The notes beneath the pieces are model-generated. The model did no database searches. It saw only the letters and a program-made list of their open reading frames with translations, and was not told where the DNA came from. From NCBI RefSeq assembly GCF_000143415.4, contig NW_003314279.1:1935679-1999678 (forward strand): DNA of 64,000 nucleotides, given 5' to 3'. A program made the translations under genes and the position numbers. How positions within the stretch are numbered: position 1 is the first letter of the stretch; the number at the start of each line of letters is the position of its first letter. Source of the DNA: Selaginella moellendorffii. Lineage: Eukaryota; Plantae; Lycopodiophyta. This document shows positions 1 to 12,706 of this stretch, piece by piece.

Positions 1-720
1 TGAACCCCATGGATTGTCTCTCGAGTCATTCTCTTTGATTGCTTACAAGTAATAAAAAGAATAATAACAACGTACAAATAAATTTAAATACTATAGCATA
101 TCTAATATGTGTAAATGTGATAGTATTATCATGTGTTTTGTTGTCTATTGCATGCACATAAATCCAAGAAAAGGATTTCAGCACGTAAAGTTTAATTGTG
201 AATGATGATAGTAATGACATTCTGCTTTGGCATGGAGATCCAAGATATCCAATCACATGTAAAATATCAGTAGTTTGTCAAATCTTTAGTGTTAGGCGAT
301 GTCAGTAATGATAATTCTTCAATGACATAGTTTTGATTCTCAATATGAGTTAAGTTTTAGCCATATATGCAAATACTGCTCAATGATAATTAGAGCATGT
401 GCCTGTAATTTAGGTTCATACACAATACAAAACAAATTTATGGATGAGGATTTATCCATTCATAGATTAAAATAGTACAATATATTTAATATAATAATGC
501 AACATACCAGATTTATACTCTTTAAAGTTCTGTTATGAATCCAAAATATGTATGAAATCTTGTTGAGAATGCATCCTTTCTATATAATTGAGAAAACTAA
601 TATAAATATAATATATATATATAATAATATACATCATTTATTAATTTTAAGAAATTCACATATAATTTGAATGTATCTTATGTTAATAATAAAATAAAAA
701 TAGGGTATAGGCCAAGTAGT

Positions 721-3150
721 TTTTGGCCTCGAGGTGGAGCTTGGGCCCCCCAGCTCGGGCAGTTTCTGGCCTCAAGGGCCCAAGGTTATTCAAATAACCT
801 CGGGCCCCCGGACCCCAAAACTACCCGAGGTCAAGCTTAGGCTCCCCACCTCAGGCAGTTTCGGCCTTGAGGGCCCTAGGTTATTCAAATAACCTTGGGC
901 CCCCGGACCCCGAAACTGCCCAAGGTTGAGCTCGAGCTCCCCACCTCGGGCAGTTTCTGGCCTCGAGGGCCCCAGGTTATTCAAATAACCTCGGGCCCCC
1001 GGACCCCGAAACTGCCCGAGGTCGAGCTCGGGCTCCCCACCTCGGGCAGTTTCTGGCCTCGAGGGCCCCAGGTTATTCAAATAACCTCGGGCCCCGAAAC
1101 TGCCCGAGGTCGAGCTCGGGCTCCCCACCTCGGGCAGTTTCTGGCCTCGAGGGCCCCAGGTTATTCAAATATCCTTGGGCCCCCGAACCGCGAAATTGCC
1201 CGAGGTCGAGCTCGAGCTCCCCACCTCGGGCAGTTTCTGGCCTCGAGGGCCCCAGGTTATTCAAATATCCTTGGGCCCCCGGACCGCAAAACTGCCTAAG
1301 GTCGAGCTCAGGCTCCCCACCTTGGGCAGTTTCTGGCCTCGAGGGCCCCAGGTTATTCAAATAACCTCGGGCCCCTGGACCCCGAAACTGCCTGAAGTCA
1401 AGCTTGGGCTCCCCACCTCGGGCAGTTTCTGGCCTCGTGGGCCCGAGGTTATTCAAATAACCTCGGGCCCCGAAACTGCCCGAGGTCGAGCTCGGGCTCC
1501 CCACCTCGGGCAGTTTCTGGCCTCGAGGGCCCCAGGTTATTCAAATATCCTTGGGCCCCCGAACCGCGAAATTGCCCGAGGTCGAGCTCGAGCTCCCCAC
1601 CTCGGGCAGTTTCTGGCCTCGAGGGCCCCAGGTTATTCAAATATCCTTGGGCCCCCGGACCGCAAAACTGCCTGAGGTCGAGCTCAGGCTCCCCACCTTG
1701 GGCAGTTTCTGGCCTCGAGGGCCCCAGGTTATTCAAATAACCTCGGGCCCCTGGACCCCGAAACTGCCTGAAGTCAAGCTTGGGCTCCCCACCTCGGGCA
1801 GTTTCTGGCCTCGTGGGCCCGAGGTTATTCAAATAACCTCGGGCCCCCAGACCCCAAAACTGCCCGAGGTCGAGCTCGGGCTCCCCACCTCGGGCAGTTT
1901 CTGGCCTCGTGGGCCTGAGGTTATTCAAATAACCTCCGGCCCCCGGACCCTGAAACTGCCCAAGGTCGAGCTTGAGCTCCCCATCTCAGGCCCCAAAATT
2001 GCCCGACGTCGAGCTTGGGCTTGCCACCTCTGGCCCCGAAACTGCCTAAGGTCAAGCTAAGGCTTGCCACCTCGGGCCCCGAAATTGCTTCACGCTGAGC
2101 TCGGGCTCGCCACCTCGAGTAGTTTCTGGCCTCGAGGGCCCGAGGTTATTCAAATAACCTTGGGCCCCCGAACCCCAAAACTGCCCGACGTCAAGCTCGG
2201 GCTCACCACCTCGGGCAGTTTCTAGCCTAAGGGCCCGAGGTTATTCAAATAACTTTGGGCCCCTGGACCCCGAACTTGCCCAACATTGAGCTCGGGCTTG
2301 CCACCTTGGGCCTTGAAACTGCCCAACATTGAGCTCAGGCTCACCACCTTAGGCCCCAAAATTGCCTAATGTCAAGCTTGGGCTCGCCACCTTAGGCCCT
2401 AAAACTGCCCAACATCAAGCTTAGGCTCGCCACCTCAGGCCCCGAAACTGCCTGATGTTGAGCTTGGGCTTGCCACCTCAGGTAGTTTCTGGCATCAAGG
2501 GCCCGAGGTTATTCAAATAACCTTGGGCCCCCGAACCCCAAAACTGCCCGACGTCAAGCTCGGGCTCACCACCTCGGGCAGTTTCTGGCCTAAGGGCCCG
2601 AGGTTATTCAAATAACTTTGGGCCCCTGGACCCCGAACTTGCCCAACATTGAGCTCGGGCTCGCCACCTTGGGCCTTGAAACTGCCCAACATTGAGCTCA
2701 GGCTCACCACCTTAGGCCCCAAAATTGCCTGATGTCAAGCTTGGGCTCGCCACCTTAGGCCCTAAAACTGCCCAACATCAAGCTTAGGCTCGCCACCTCA
2801 GGCCCCGAAACTGCCCGATGTTGAGCTTGGGCTTGCCACCTCAGGTAGTTTCTGGCATCAAGGGCCCGAGGTTATTCAAATAACCTCGGGTCCCCGGATC
2901 CTGAAACTACTCGACGTCAAGCTCGGGCTCACCACCTCGGGCAGTTTCTAGCCTTGAGGGCCCTAGGTTATTCAAATAACCTCGGGCCCTCAGACACCAA
3001 AACTGCCCGACATTGAACTTGGGCTCGCCATCTCCCACAGTTTATGGCCTCGAGGGCCCAAGGTTATTCAAATAACCTTGAGCCTCCGGACCCCCAAACT
3101 GCCCAAGGTCCAACTCAAGCTCACCACCTTGGGCAGTTTTTGGCCTCGGG
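721..3150. repeat. GC-rich tandem satellite: 96-bp monomer (88-bp deletion variant, 43-bp sub-unit) with higher-order repeats
   Basis: The GGTTATTCAAATA core recurs at 784, 879, 975, 1071, 1159, 1255, 1351, 1447, 1535, 1631, 1727, 1823 and 1919 (spacing 95/96/88). A 376-bp higher-order unit runs 1159->1535. After ~1960, 43-bp sub-units appear (1989, 2032, 2075) along with a 363-bp higher-order unit (2144, 2507, 2870). Confidence 0.97.
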
Positions 3151-6100
3151 TGAGCTCAATAGTGCCACTAACATCATATCGAATCTTGTGGTTGAGTAGA
3201 TCTACAATATATTCTTAGGCATTGATTTGAAACTCCATCAGCAATACAAAGTTTTCTTGAGCTCTATTACCCACTAGATAGTATTGTGATTGATTGCACA
3301 ATAAGTAATGGTTCTATAGTGAAGGTAGCATATAATTCTGGTAGATTGGTGTTTGCTATTGAAGAACATCATTTATTCAAACATTGGCTTAGAACTACCT
3401 CTAATCTCAAAGAGGTAAATTATATTTATTAAGATTTCAATACATGTTTAGTTTTGTTTTATAGATCACCATCACCTAGAGGTAGAGGTTTTAGAAGTTT
3501 CCCAAAGTATGTAAAAGCTATGGCTTAATAAATGCAAAATGAGCACAATCCCAATATAAAAGGAGGCATAGAAGGAAATGATATGTTGATGATGAGATAG
3601 AAGAAAGTTAAATGAATTCTTACTTGAGAAGAAAATCTTGTCATATATCAAAATGTTGGTAATAGTGTCAGTGTTAGTTATCAATGTTAATATCATATTC
3701 CATAATTGCAAATTGGTATTTTCACATGCAACTGTTAGTTTGTAATGCTTGTGTGTTGCCATCTCATCCTTCAATATCTTGTTAACAATTATATATGAAG
3801 TGATAACACTATTTATGTAGCAATTGTGGTAGTGCTCAAAGAAAGAAAAGGCATATTAGGCATCTTAAAATTAAACTTCCAATTTGTTCACTAATTCCCA
3901 ATAAATCAAGAGTGAGCTCTTCTATGGATTAGGTGTAATAGATTTTAACTTAAGGAAACTCCCTATCATTAACTTTGTCAATAGCCTAAAAAACCTATAT
4001 TTTACACTATTGTTTCCTAAGGGGATATTGTTCCTCACCATGAAGCAATAATAGGTATGTGTCCATAATTTATTTTTGAATTTATTGTACATCCACACTT
4101 TCTAGACCTGTTGTTAGGCAATTATTATAGTGTTTAAGAAAATTTGTAATGAAAACATTTTTCTTGTCCAAAGAAAAAGTAGCATACTAGACATTGAATA
4201 TAATAGCATTTTGTGATTTTAAGCAATCTTGCCATATCAAGAGCATGATCTTGCAAAAAAGATGTGACACTACTCTTGAAGTGTTGAAAGTAATCCCTCT
4301 CTAGAAAGCTCTTTAGAGTAGATTTGTTAGTTTTTTATTTTATTTTTTTTGCTATGTTCATTTCTTCATTTCTTTTGTTCTAGACTATTGTTTTGGAGGT
4401 AACATGAGAATTTTTATCAAAAGTGATAATAGTCTTTACATTCCTGGATGGGTAATAAGGACTAAGAGTGTAATATGAAAATTGTGATAATGAAAGGAAA
4501 TTAATATTCTCACATTGATTTGCCCTACAACTCTTATTTATAGATTTTTTATTTTACTTAAGAACTCCAGAATGAATGAATAGTATATAAATATATATTG
4601 CCTTACCAATATACACTATTAATGGCTACCCTTTAAAAAATTTATCTTGATTCATATTTAGGTTTTTTTTAACAAATTACAAGAAAATCAAAATATGATA
4701 ATTGTAAAGATAGTCTTTAGTAAGAAAATAGATAGGTTCTCATGAACTTTATCTTTTCTAGATAACTCAATTTAGTAGAAACTTTTAACCTAGGTATTTA
4801 TATATTTTAATATTTTAAAGTTTGTCAGAACTTTTATTTTCTTAACATAAATTTTCTTTGTAAGAGTTATAATTGACTGCATTGACTTACATTGACTTGT
4901 GCTGAATTGAGCTAAACTCGTGAGCTCAACTCAACTTTAGACCATCCCCCTAAGCGGCACTTTGTAATGACTTTGAGGTTTTCTCGAGCATGCTTTGCAA
5001 TGACGTGAGGGTTTCTACTTGCATCTACACTAATCGTGCTGCTCTAGGCCGCCTCTTACTGTCTCAAATTCTCTTCCAATCTTTACTCTTTCTAAGTCTT
5101 TAGCATTGAGATGCTTTGGCCAGATGGTGGGTATGCTCTATATAAGACTTTCTTCTTAGAAATACAGGAGTGTCCATTGCTTTATGTGCTGTTCACAAGG
5201 AGCATGCGAGGCCTAAAGGCTATATTCAAGCTTTTTGTGGGGTTCTAAAAATGAAAGGGACTTCCAATCTCACTTTGCACTCTGACATCCATAGCTGTAC
5301 TATCTATAAATTGTACTTTATTTGTTTAGTTAGGACAAATTCAAGTGTCATATGACAATGATACTCACACACGCACCCATCTTTTGCTTCTGCAGAATGA
5401 GCCTAAAGCATCAGTGGAATGGTTGATTTATCTTGTGTATTTTTCCCGCTTTTCTGCAGAGGAAGCAGTTTGTTCAGGCTTGTGTCTCATCTATTCCAAA
5501 GTTAGAGCTTCATGATGCGTGAGTGTTTGCATGATGTTAAACTTTCTTTATAGCTACTGCCTATCATTTTGTGCATTCGAGGTCGAGCCAGGAATCACTA
5601 ATGGAATGATATTGTTTTTCTCAATAATTTTTGGACTGACTGACTGGCTTTTGTGCGGGCTTGATCAGGCTTGGACAATTTCAACTCAAAGTGCAAGTAT
5701 ATCCTTCAGACTGGTTAGTTTTCCTTGGCTTGCGAGTAAAGTTACACAAATTTTTTGATATATCCCAACACGCTCTACCTGGAGTGGCAGGTGACCAAGC
5801 AAAGTAGTGAGAGCTGTGATTTGGTGACAATTGCGAGAGACGTGATTTAGTGAGGATCAGAGAATAAGTACATCGTGATTTTTCTATCTGGAAGTCAGAT
5901 ATTGACAAAAGCTGATATTGGGTAGTTACGAGAAAGATTTGTGAGTGTCATAGCTTTGATAGCATTTATCTAACTAAAATCCTTCTAATAACAACTGGAT
6001 TTAGCTGATGTTTTACTAATATAAATGTATGATTAAAAAATTAAAACACGGCAAGCCAAAGTTTCCAATTCAATTTTATAGCTTAATTTTTCAAAAATAT

Positions 6101-9100
6101 ATTGATGAACTTGCAAGTAATCCAGCTTTGCTGGCCTAGACGAAAATAAGTTTTTAATGATGTCTTACTAAGATAGAACATTGTTCAAAAACAATCATGT
6201 AACTCTTTTTCAAGTACATACATAACATATAAAATAACTTAATATAAGCTACATGTTGATTTTCATGATCTGCTCAACATTTTCATTTTTTAAAACATTA
6301 GAGGAGAAGAATAATAATGAAGTTTTATAAGAAAAAATTAATAATAAATCTAATTTTAAAACTGTCTAAATAAACTAAATTTCTGACTTTTAAAATTAAA
6401 TCAGAGATCTTTATATCACTTTTTAGAAAAAATAAATTAATAAATAAATTTACAGCTTAAAAAACTCCCATATGTATTTTAAAGATTAAAGATGTGCTTA
6501 TTCAAAAGTCTAGATAATTATATTAGTTTATAACAACTAGATATAATCTTTATAAGAAACATTTAAAAGCTTGAATTCAATTAGTTTAACTTCACATAAA
6601 ATATTTTGAAGTAATATCTGTTTTCAAACTTTTTGTCATTTGACTTATAGCATTGCATTATAGAGATTTTCTCCTAGCAAATATACTAATAACATTAGCT
6701 CTCTTTTTCTTTCTATCAACCAATCTCAAGTGGCAATCATAGAAGCCAGAAATTCCATCTTAAAGATAAAGAGGGTAATCCATGAGTTGCACTCCATTGC
6801 TTTCAAGAACAATATTGGCTAAGATCATTACATGTCTAGGGTGGAAGTTATGGAGTACATGTTGAGGTATACCCAAGTAGAAAAAGAGGATGTATGATAT
6901 TAAGGATGCTAAAGTAGATCCTATGATTTTTTTTTGAAATTTTAGATTTATTTAAACAGAGAACAAAAGAATTCACCTATCTATACAAAATATAAGCACT
7001 TACAAAGAACATAAGCAATTGGAGTTTATGTAAATGCTGCATGGAGGCATTTGCATAGCAGCTACACATGGCTGTCAACATATTTAAAAACTTTCGATAC
7101 CCAAAGTCACATTCGTGACAATTGCACTCACCTCAAATGAAATTGAAAACCTTGAGAAATTTGTTTCAATTATGGATCAAACTCCAAATTCTATGTATTT
7201 TTGCTCTCAACCAATATGAATAAACAATTTTACTCCTTGATGTCTTGTGATAGCATGGTATGTTCACCTTTGTATAAAAAAAGGGTGTACTTCTATACTT
7301 AATCATTTCTACAAATACCTAAAACACATTACTTTATTAAGTAGTATGCTTATTATTTGTTTTATTAGATAACAATGAGATCTAAAATGAAAACTAAATC
7401 TAATGAGTGGTGCTCATAATGTTAATTCATTCTTGTAAACAAAATAGATTCCCTATTAAAATTACCTCTTCTTCTTTTTAGTATTGCAGCCATTACCATT
7501 ATATGCTATGCATGCCTGTCTAGTCATTTGCAAATTTGATGACACGTGTAGCAGCCAAAAGTAAAATTCACAATCATATAGTCAACTTGCAAGAGTTTAT
7601 AAATGAAAAATACTTTTTATGACTATAGGGAAAACCACTACACTTTGGCAATGCTCGCTAAAGAGTTTGCTTATTGCATTATTCTAGATTCTCAAGAATT
7701 TGAGCAAGTGTGTGTGGAAGGGATGGAGTGTGTTCCTATACTTGATGCTAATCATATACGCTTTCAACAATCTTTAGTGTAAAAAGCATCTCTTCCTTGT
7801 AAGGCTCTCTTGCCTGATTAGTAAATATCTATTTTCAAGTTCTCTATGAAGTTTAAACACTACATTGCTATAGATAACAATCATCTATATTAATGCTTGG
7901 TTCATACTTGTATTTCTCTAGGTCCTATAATAAGTTCGCCTAGGTAAACAAAAGTCATATGATTTAATAGAATTGTAACCTTGATTTTGTATCTGGATGA
8001 AAAATTCCTCAACCTTTCCAAATGAGCTATATAACAATTTATCAAGACTTGAAAGTTTCCTAGTTTAGAATGTAAAGAGCCTCAGTTTTTAGCATCTTTT
8101 ATATTCAAGCTTTTCCTATAAACATCTATCAAAAGATTGTAGTAGCCATGATTTGTCTGGAAAGTCGTGCCTTACAGCACCTACAACATATTTGATAAGA
8201 AAAAAAATTATACAAAAGAAAGATTTATAAAATTTGCAATGGAAGAACAATGCAAACTTATATAATAAGGCGTATAAGTTAATGTGAAATTACCCTAATC
8301 ATGACCCTATGGCATCTTCTTTAACCATAGAATCTATGCCAAAAAATCTACTGTCAATCTTGGTAAAGTTCTATCCTCTCTTAAGCCATATATACAAAAA
8401 AAGCAAAATTCAAGAGAAGAAGAGAAGAAAAAGAAAAGAAAAAAGAAAAGCAAGGTGTTTAATACAAGTGGATGTTCTCTATAGCAATTTAGAAGCTTTA
8501 AGCTTGGCAAATATTAGAAAAAATACCTTACTTTTGAAATCTAAATTTCTTTCATGAAGCATATAACCATATTCTCCAAGATAATATAAGACATAACTTA
8601 AACACTTTATTGTGGGTGAGAGACTACTAGTGATTGGCGTATTGAGAGATATTGACATCAGCCACTCTTAGCACTCTTAGTGAAGTAAAATTCTTTTTAT
8701 TTCATTAGTTAGTCTTTTACACTTTAGTGAAATAAGAATATATAAAGTGTTGTTTCAAATTTAGACTTTTCAAAAGGTCACCTACAAAGAAATTTAACTC
8801 TAAATATTCCATATTTATTCATGGGTATTTAACTATTATAAATTATTTCTTGAGTTGTTCTCTTTAGTTACTTATAATCCACCACACTTTTTTGCAAATT
8901 TACATTTTCATAAATGAAAGAGAGAGTAACTCTTCTAACACCCTACCCTTTGAAAATCAAGTTTAAGCAGATTACTAAATGTCACTTCTCTAATATCAAA
9001 TGTAATCTTTTGAATTTGGAACAATTTAATTGAAAACATACTAAAAATGACTTAAGTACTTCTAAACAATTAAATTCATATCCTACTCCAATTTCTATAA

Positions 9101-10327
9101 ATCACTTTTCATAGTGATAAAACTTGCTTTTCCATCCGTTCCAAACTTGTTGACAATATTGTTCCAATTAACTTGGAACTCTTAACTAAATCCAAATCAC
9201 TATAATATACTTTATGAAATGCAAATATCCATCTAACTGCCAATGCTCAAAAGTTCTTCTAGAGGATGAAACTGTGCCATCTTGGCGACACAATCACTAC
9301 CAAGATGGCATTGGATATGTGAACACTCCAACTGTGTTGTAAGTGTCACTTGTAAAAACTAATGGCTCAAGAACAACCTCAGTAGAATGAGATATGATTG
9401 AACTTAAACCTTTGATACCATATGAGAAAGAATAGAGATAAATTTCATGAAAATAGTAGAAAACTCTTGATCTCTGGACAAATACGTCAAACAAGATGGA
9501 GGTTTTGTAAGAAAAACATATAAATACTAAGTTACTAGACTAACTGTCTAGAGTTAACTACTCACGGGACAAGATATGCCCGCTTCTTCTTGCTCCCTCT
9601 TCGACTACGTTGGAGCATAGCAAAGCGACCGATGCGGCCGGATTCCATCCCAACTGCCCGAAGCTCCTGAGCTCCTAACCCTAAAACTCCGCCCCAAAAG
9701 CACCGAGAATGTAGCTCTCTCCCGAGCTATATTCTTGATCCGTGGGTATGGAACTCAAGAAATAAGTACCATTGACATCGCAATGGAGCTCATCCACGAA
9801 ACTGGTATTGTTGTAGATTTTTTCTTTTCTACTCGTCCTTGCTTGTGTAAAGTTTGTGCCTTTTGTCAGGGCATCTATCTCTCGAAGTGATAGAGATCGT
9901 GTTGGATTGGATTCGGGCCTTGCTCGACCTTATAGACAATTATCACAAGGTACTCCATTGCACGGCCGAGGCGATTGTGTCCTACACGCAGGCTTCTCTT
10001 ACAGTTCCATTCCAGCAAAACGATCGAATCGCGTGCTCGAATCATAATCTTTTTTTCCGGGCAAACAGTCATTGTCCGCCCCAGCTTTGTAAAGCCATTT
10101 CGAAGTTCTTGTCTCTCTTTTCCTCTGGCAGGCTACACGATAAATCGACTTGATCAGTCGCTGGATCTCAATTATAGAGGTGAGAACTTCCTCATCTTCT
10201 CTTATTCCATTCCAAACGCACGGACGTTTTCCCGTTTTTTCTGGCAGAAATAGATTACAGGGATTCATCGCCTCTCCTAGGACGATCTTGGAGCGTTTCA
10301 CAAACGAGTTTAGAAATGCGTGATGCG

Positions 10328-11637
10328 TCAAGAGATCACGCCGTTAGCCGGCTTGGTGGAGGAGCTACCAAAATAACTTTCCTGCAGCAGCCTTTTCATG
10401 GCCTCGGATCGAAGAGACACACACACGCTCTTGCTGCGCCCGCCTTCGCGGCCGGGAGCGATGGTCACCATCCCCTCGCCGAAGAGCGGAGCCGCCAGGA
10501 ACTCGACGTAGAACGGCTTGGAGAAGCCAAAGTCGGCATCGTCGTAGACGGGAACGTTGGCGGCCCAGTTGCAAAAGAGAACGTTGTTGGCGAAGAAGGA
10601 GGAGGCGCACTTGTAGGATCCGTTGGTCCTGGTTCCCAGCTGGATCGCCTTTGCAACGTCGCTCACGCTGGACTGACCGAGCGGCGAGACCGCGTCCACG
10701 AACTTAAAGGCGGTGGCAGAGTTTCCAAAGTAGCCGCGGTTCCGCTCCAAGTTGGTGTTGCTCCACAAGCACAGCCGCGAGTCGCCGCTGCTCGGCTGCT
10801 CCTGTGCCTTGACGACGGCCTTCCACACCGCGGCGCACAGAGCCTCCGTCTCGCCGCCGCCGCCGCCGGACTCGCGCGTGATCGCCTCGACCACTTTGGA
10901 GCCGAAGTGGAAGACGCGGGTGTCCAGCTCCGACGCGTTGATGCTCAAGTTGGTGTGCGCGAAGGGCTGCGGGAGCTGGACGTCGGCCGAGGTGACATCG
11001 ACGCTGGACGTGGGACGTGACGAGAGCTTGCCTTGCTTCCGGTGAGCCTCACCCCAGAGCTTCACCAGCAGGTCCATGGACATGAAGTCGGCGAGAATGT
11101 GGCACCAACTTAGTCCGAGAGCGAGGCCTCCGCCGCGGAACAGAGTATACTGCAAGAAGGGATTGGTTTCGTGTTGCTTTCTCCGGAGGCACACAAACTT
11201 ACCTGGATGGCGAGCAGCGGAGAGACGCTGTAGTCGGAGATTCGGACCTCCGGAAGAAGCTGCTGCCGGTTGGATCCGTCCTTTTCCGCCTCGAGCCACT
11301 CCCGGAGGCTCGAGTCGCAGGTCGCTTCCACGACTCGGATGCCGGCATCGTTGCTCTTGATTCCCAGGTTGCCGTTGTCCAGCACCCGCAGCCTCCCGCT
11401 CACGGAGGGGAAAAGATCGAGAACTTCGGCCAGGGAGAAGTTGAGCTCCTCTCTTTCGACTTCCCAGGGAGAGGAAGTCGGTACCTTGTCGAAGTAGATG
11501 ACAGTGTGGAGGTAGAAGTTGCTGAGGATGCTGTCGAGCTTGGAGACGGGGTGGATTGCGAGCTGGGAGGGATGAATTGAAACCACGGTCTTGACTCCAT
11601 GAATTGTGACTTGGTGATGATGCTGCTGCTTCAACAT
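10328..11637 (-). CDS. BAHD-family acyltransferase (resembles CER2/CER26-like clade); 2 exons
   Basis: Exon 1 is 11637-11203 (MLKQQ...FPSVSGRL...IKSNDAGIRVVEA...PLLAIQ), followed by a 53-bp GT-AG intron at 11202-11150 in the conserved BAHD 'Q' position. Exon 2 is 11149-10328, with HxxxD (LSWCHILAD) and a DFGWG-like motif (DADFGFSKP). Confidence 0.92.
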
Positions 11638-12360
11638 TGCTGGAACAGGCCTGTGGATTTGCCTGCACAGACCACGAGATATCCGGACTAAGTTGCTGCT
11701 CGGGACTCGGGATTCGTACCTTTCCTGGAGGTGAGAGTGGTGGTGGTCTTTTTTATTTCTTTTCTTTTCGCTTTTGGAAAGTCCTCAGGAATCGTTTTCC
11801 TCCAGGCACGTCCTTGATTCGATCCCAGCGCTGCTGCTGCTGCTGCTGCTGCTACTCCCTTGCGTTCCTCCGGTGGAGTTTGAAGATGAGATAAGCAAGC
11901 GTTGTGGAGGTAAATGCAAGGAAGTGATGGGGAAAGGAAAAGAGGGAGAGTGGTGGATTTGGCCGCGAATGCTAAGCACGGGGTCCTTATAATGCCCCTC
12001 TTCTCTCTCGTTAAGTTCTTTTCCTCGCTCCACTCACTTTGCAATCAATTGCAGGCACCAAAGCTGGCTGGCCATGGCTGGTGGGGCTCATCAAAGCGTG
12101 TTGGAGAAGACAGGCAAAAGAGAAGATGGATGGGGGCCAAAAGAGAAAGAAAAAAAGTTTAGAACAAGCCAGCAGCACTGAGCAACAGCACCAACACACA
12201 CTACTACTTACACGGCCAGCGAAGTCAATGGGTGGAATTAATGTGAGGGGATTGATTCGCTCATCGTCTTCTCCCCAGGAATTTCTTATAAGCGCGACGA
12301 CCTGCGTTTGTTCGTAGTTGGTGGTGTTGTTGCGCGGGCATTGAATGCCACAAAGGGATC

Positions 12361-12472
12361 TTCGCGTTGACTTCTCCGTCAATGGTGGTCAAAATTGGTC
12401 AATGCCCTAGCCCCGCGTAATTTCGTTGACTCCTCCGGTCAATGCTTGTCAAACAAGGTCAATGCCTCCGCG
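12361..12472. promoter_or_regulatory. Cluster of W-boxes (TTGACY) in the divergent BAHD/PIMT intergenic region
   Basis: TTGACT at 12367 and 12426; GGTCAA at 12387, 12397, 12437 and 12457. They are arranged as two imperfect ~59-bp tandem units. Confidence 0.5.
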
Positions 12473-12706
12473 TGACTGTGTGATTTGTTTGTTTTTTGCC
12501 CTCTTTAAAGGTGGTGGTGTGGCGTGGTTGGGCTTTGCTGGCTGGTGGCCAGCGTTTTTAATGCTTTGGGCAAATTCTCTTCTTTCCTTTCTTTCCTATG
12601 GTTGGTAGCAGTTTGAAGCTTTCGCGCGGTAGCGTGTCCATTTCAAAAATTTAAAAGATGCCATCGGCATCTCCGGCTAGGGCAGAACTTAGGGCTCTTG
12701 CGCGCG

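Noticed and set aside
790-2722. Multiple 70-170 aa ORFs on both strands in the satellite
   Set aside because: Artefact of a stop-poor 96-bp (32-codon) repeat; open on both strands and frameshifted by the 88-bp units.
784-3080. CRISPR-like regularly spaced palindromic repeats
   Set aside because: The intervening sequences are themselves repeated (no unique spacers), there are no cas genes, and the context is eukaryotic.
3150-9500. Decayed coding-like fragments in AT-rich DNA (e.g. 3472-3774, 6700-6900, 7620-7770)
   Set aside because: Probably eroded TE or captured-gene remnants, but no motif could be assigned with confidence.
10316-11020. 234-aa plus-strand ORF, and similar antisense ORFs over the PPR, BiP and PDR genes
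   Set aside because: Shadow ORFs of GC-rich coding sequence with no independent motifs.
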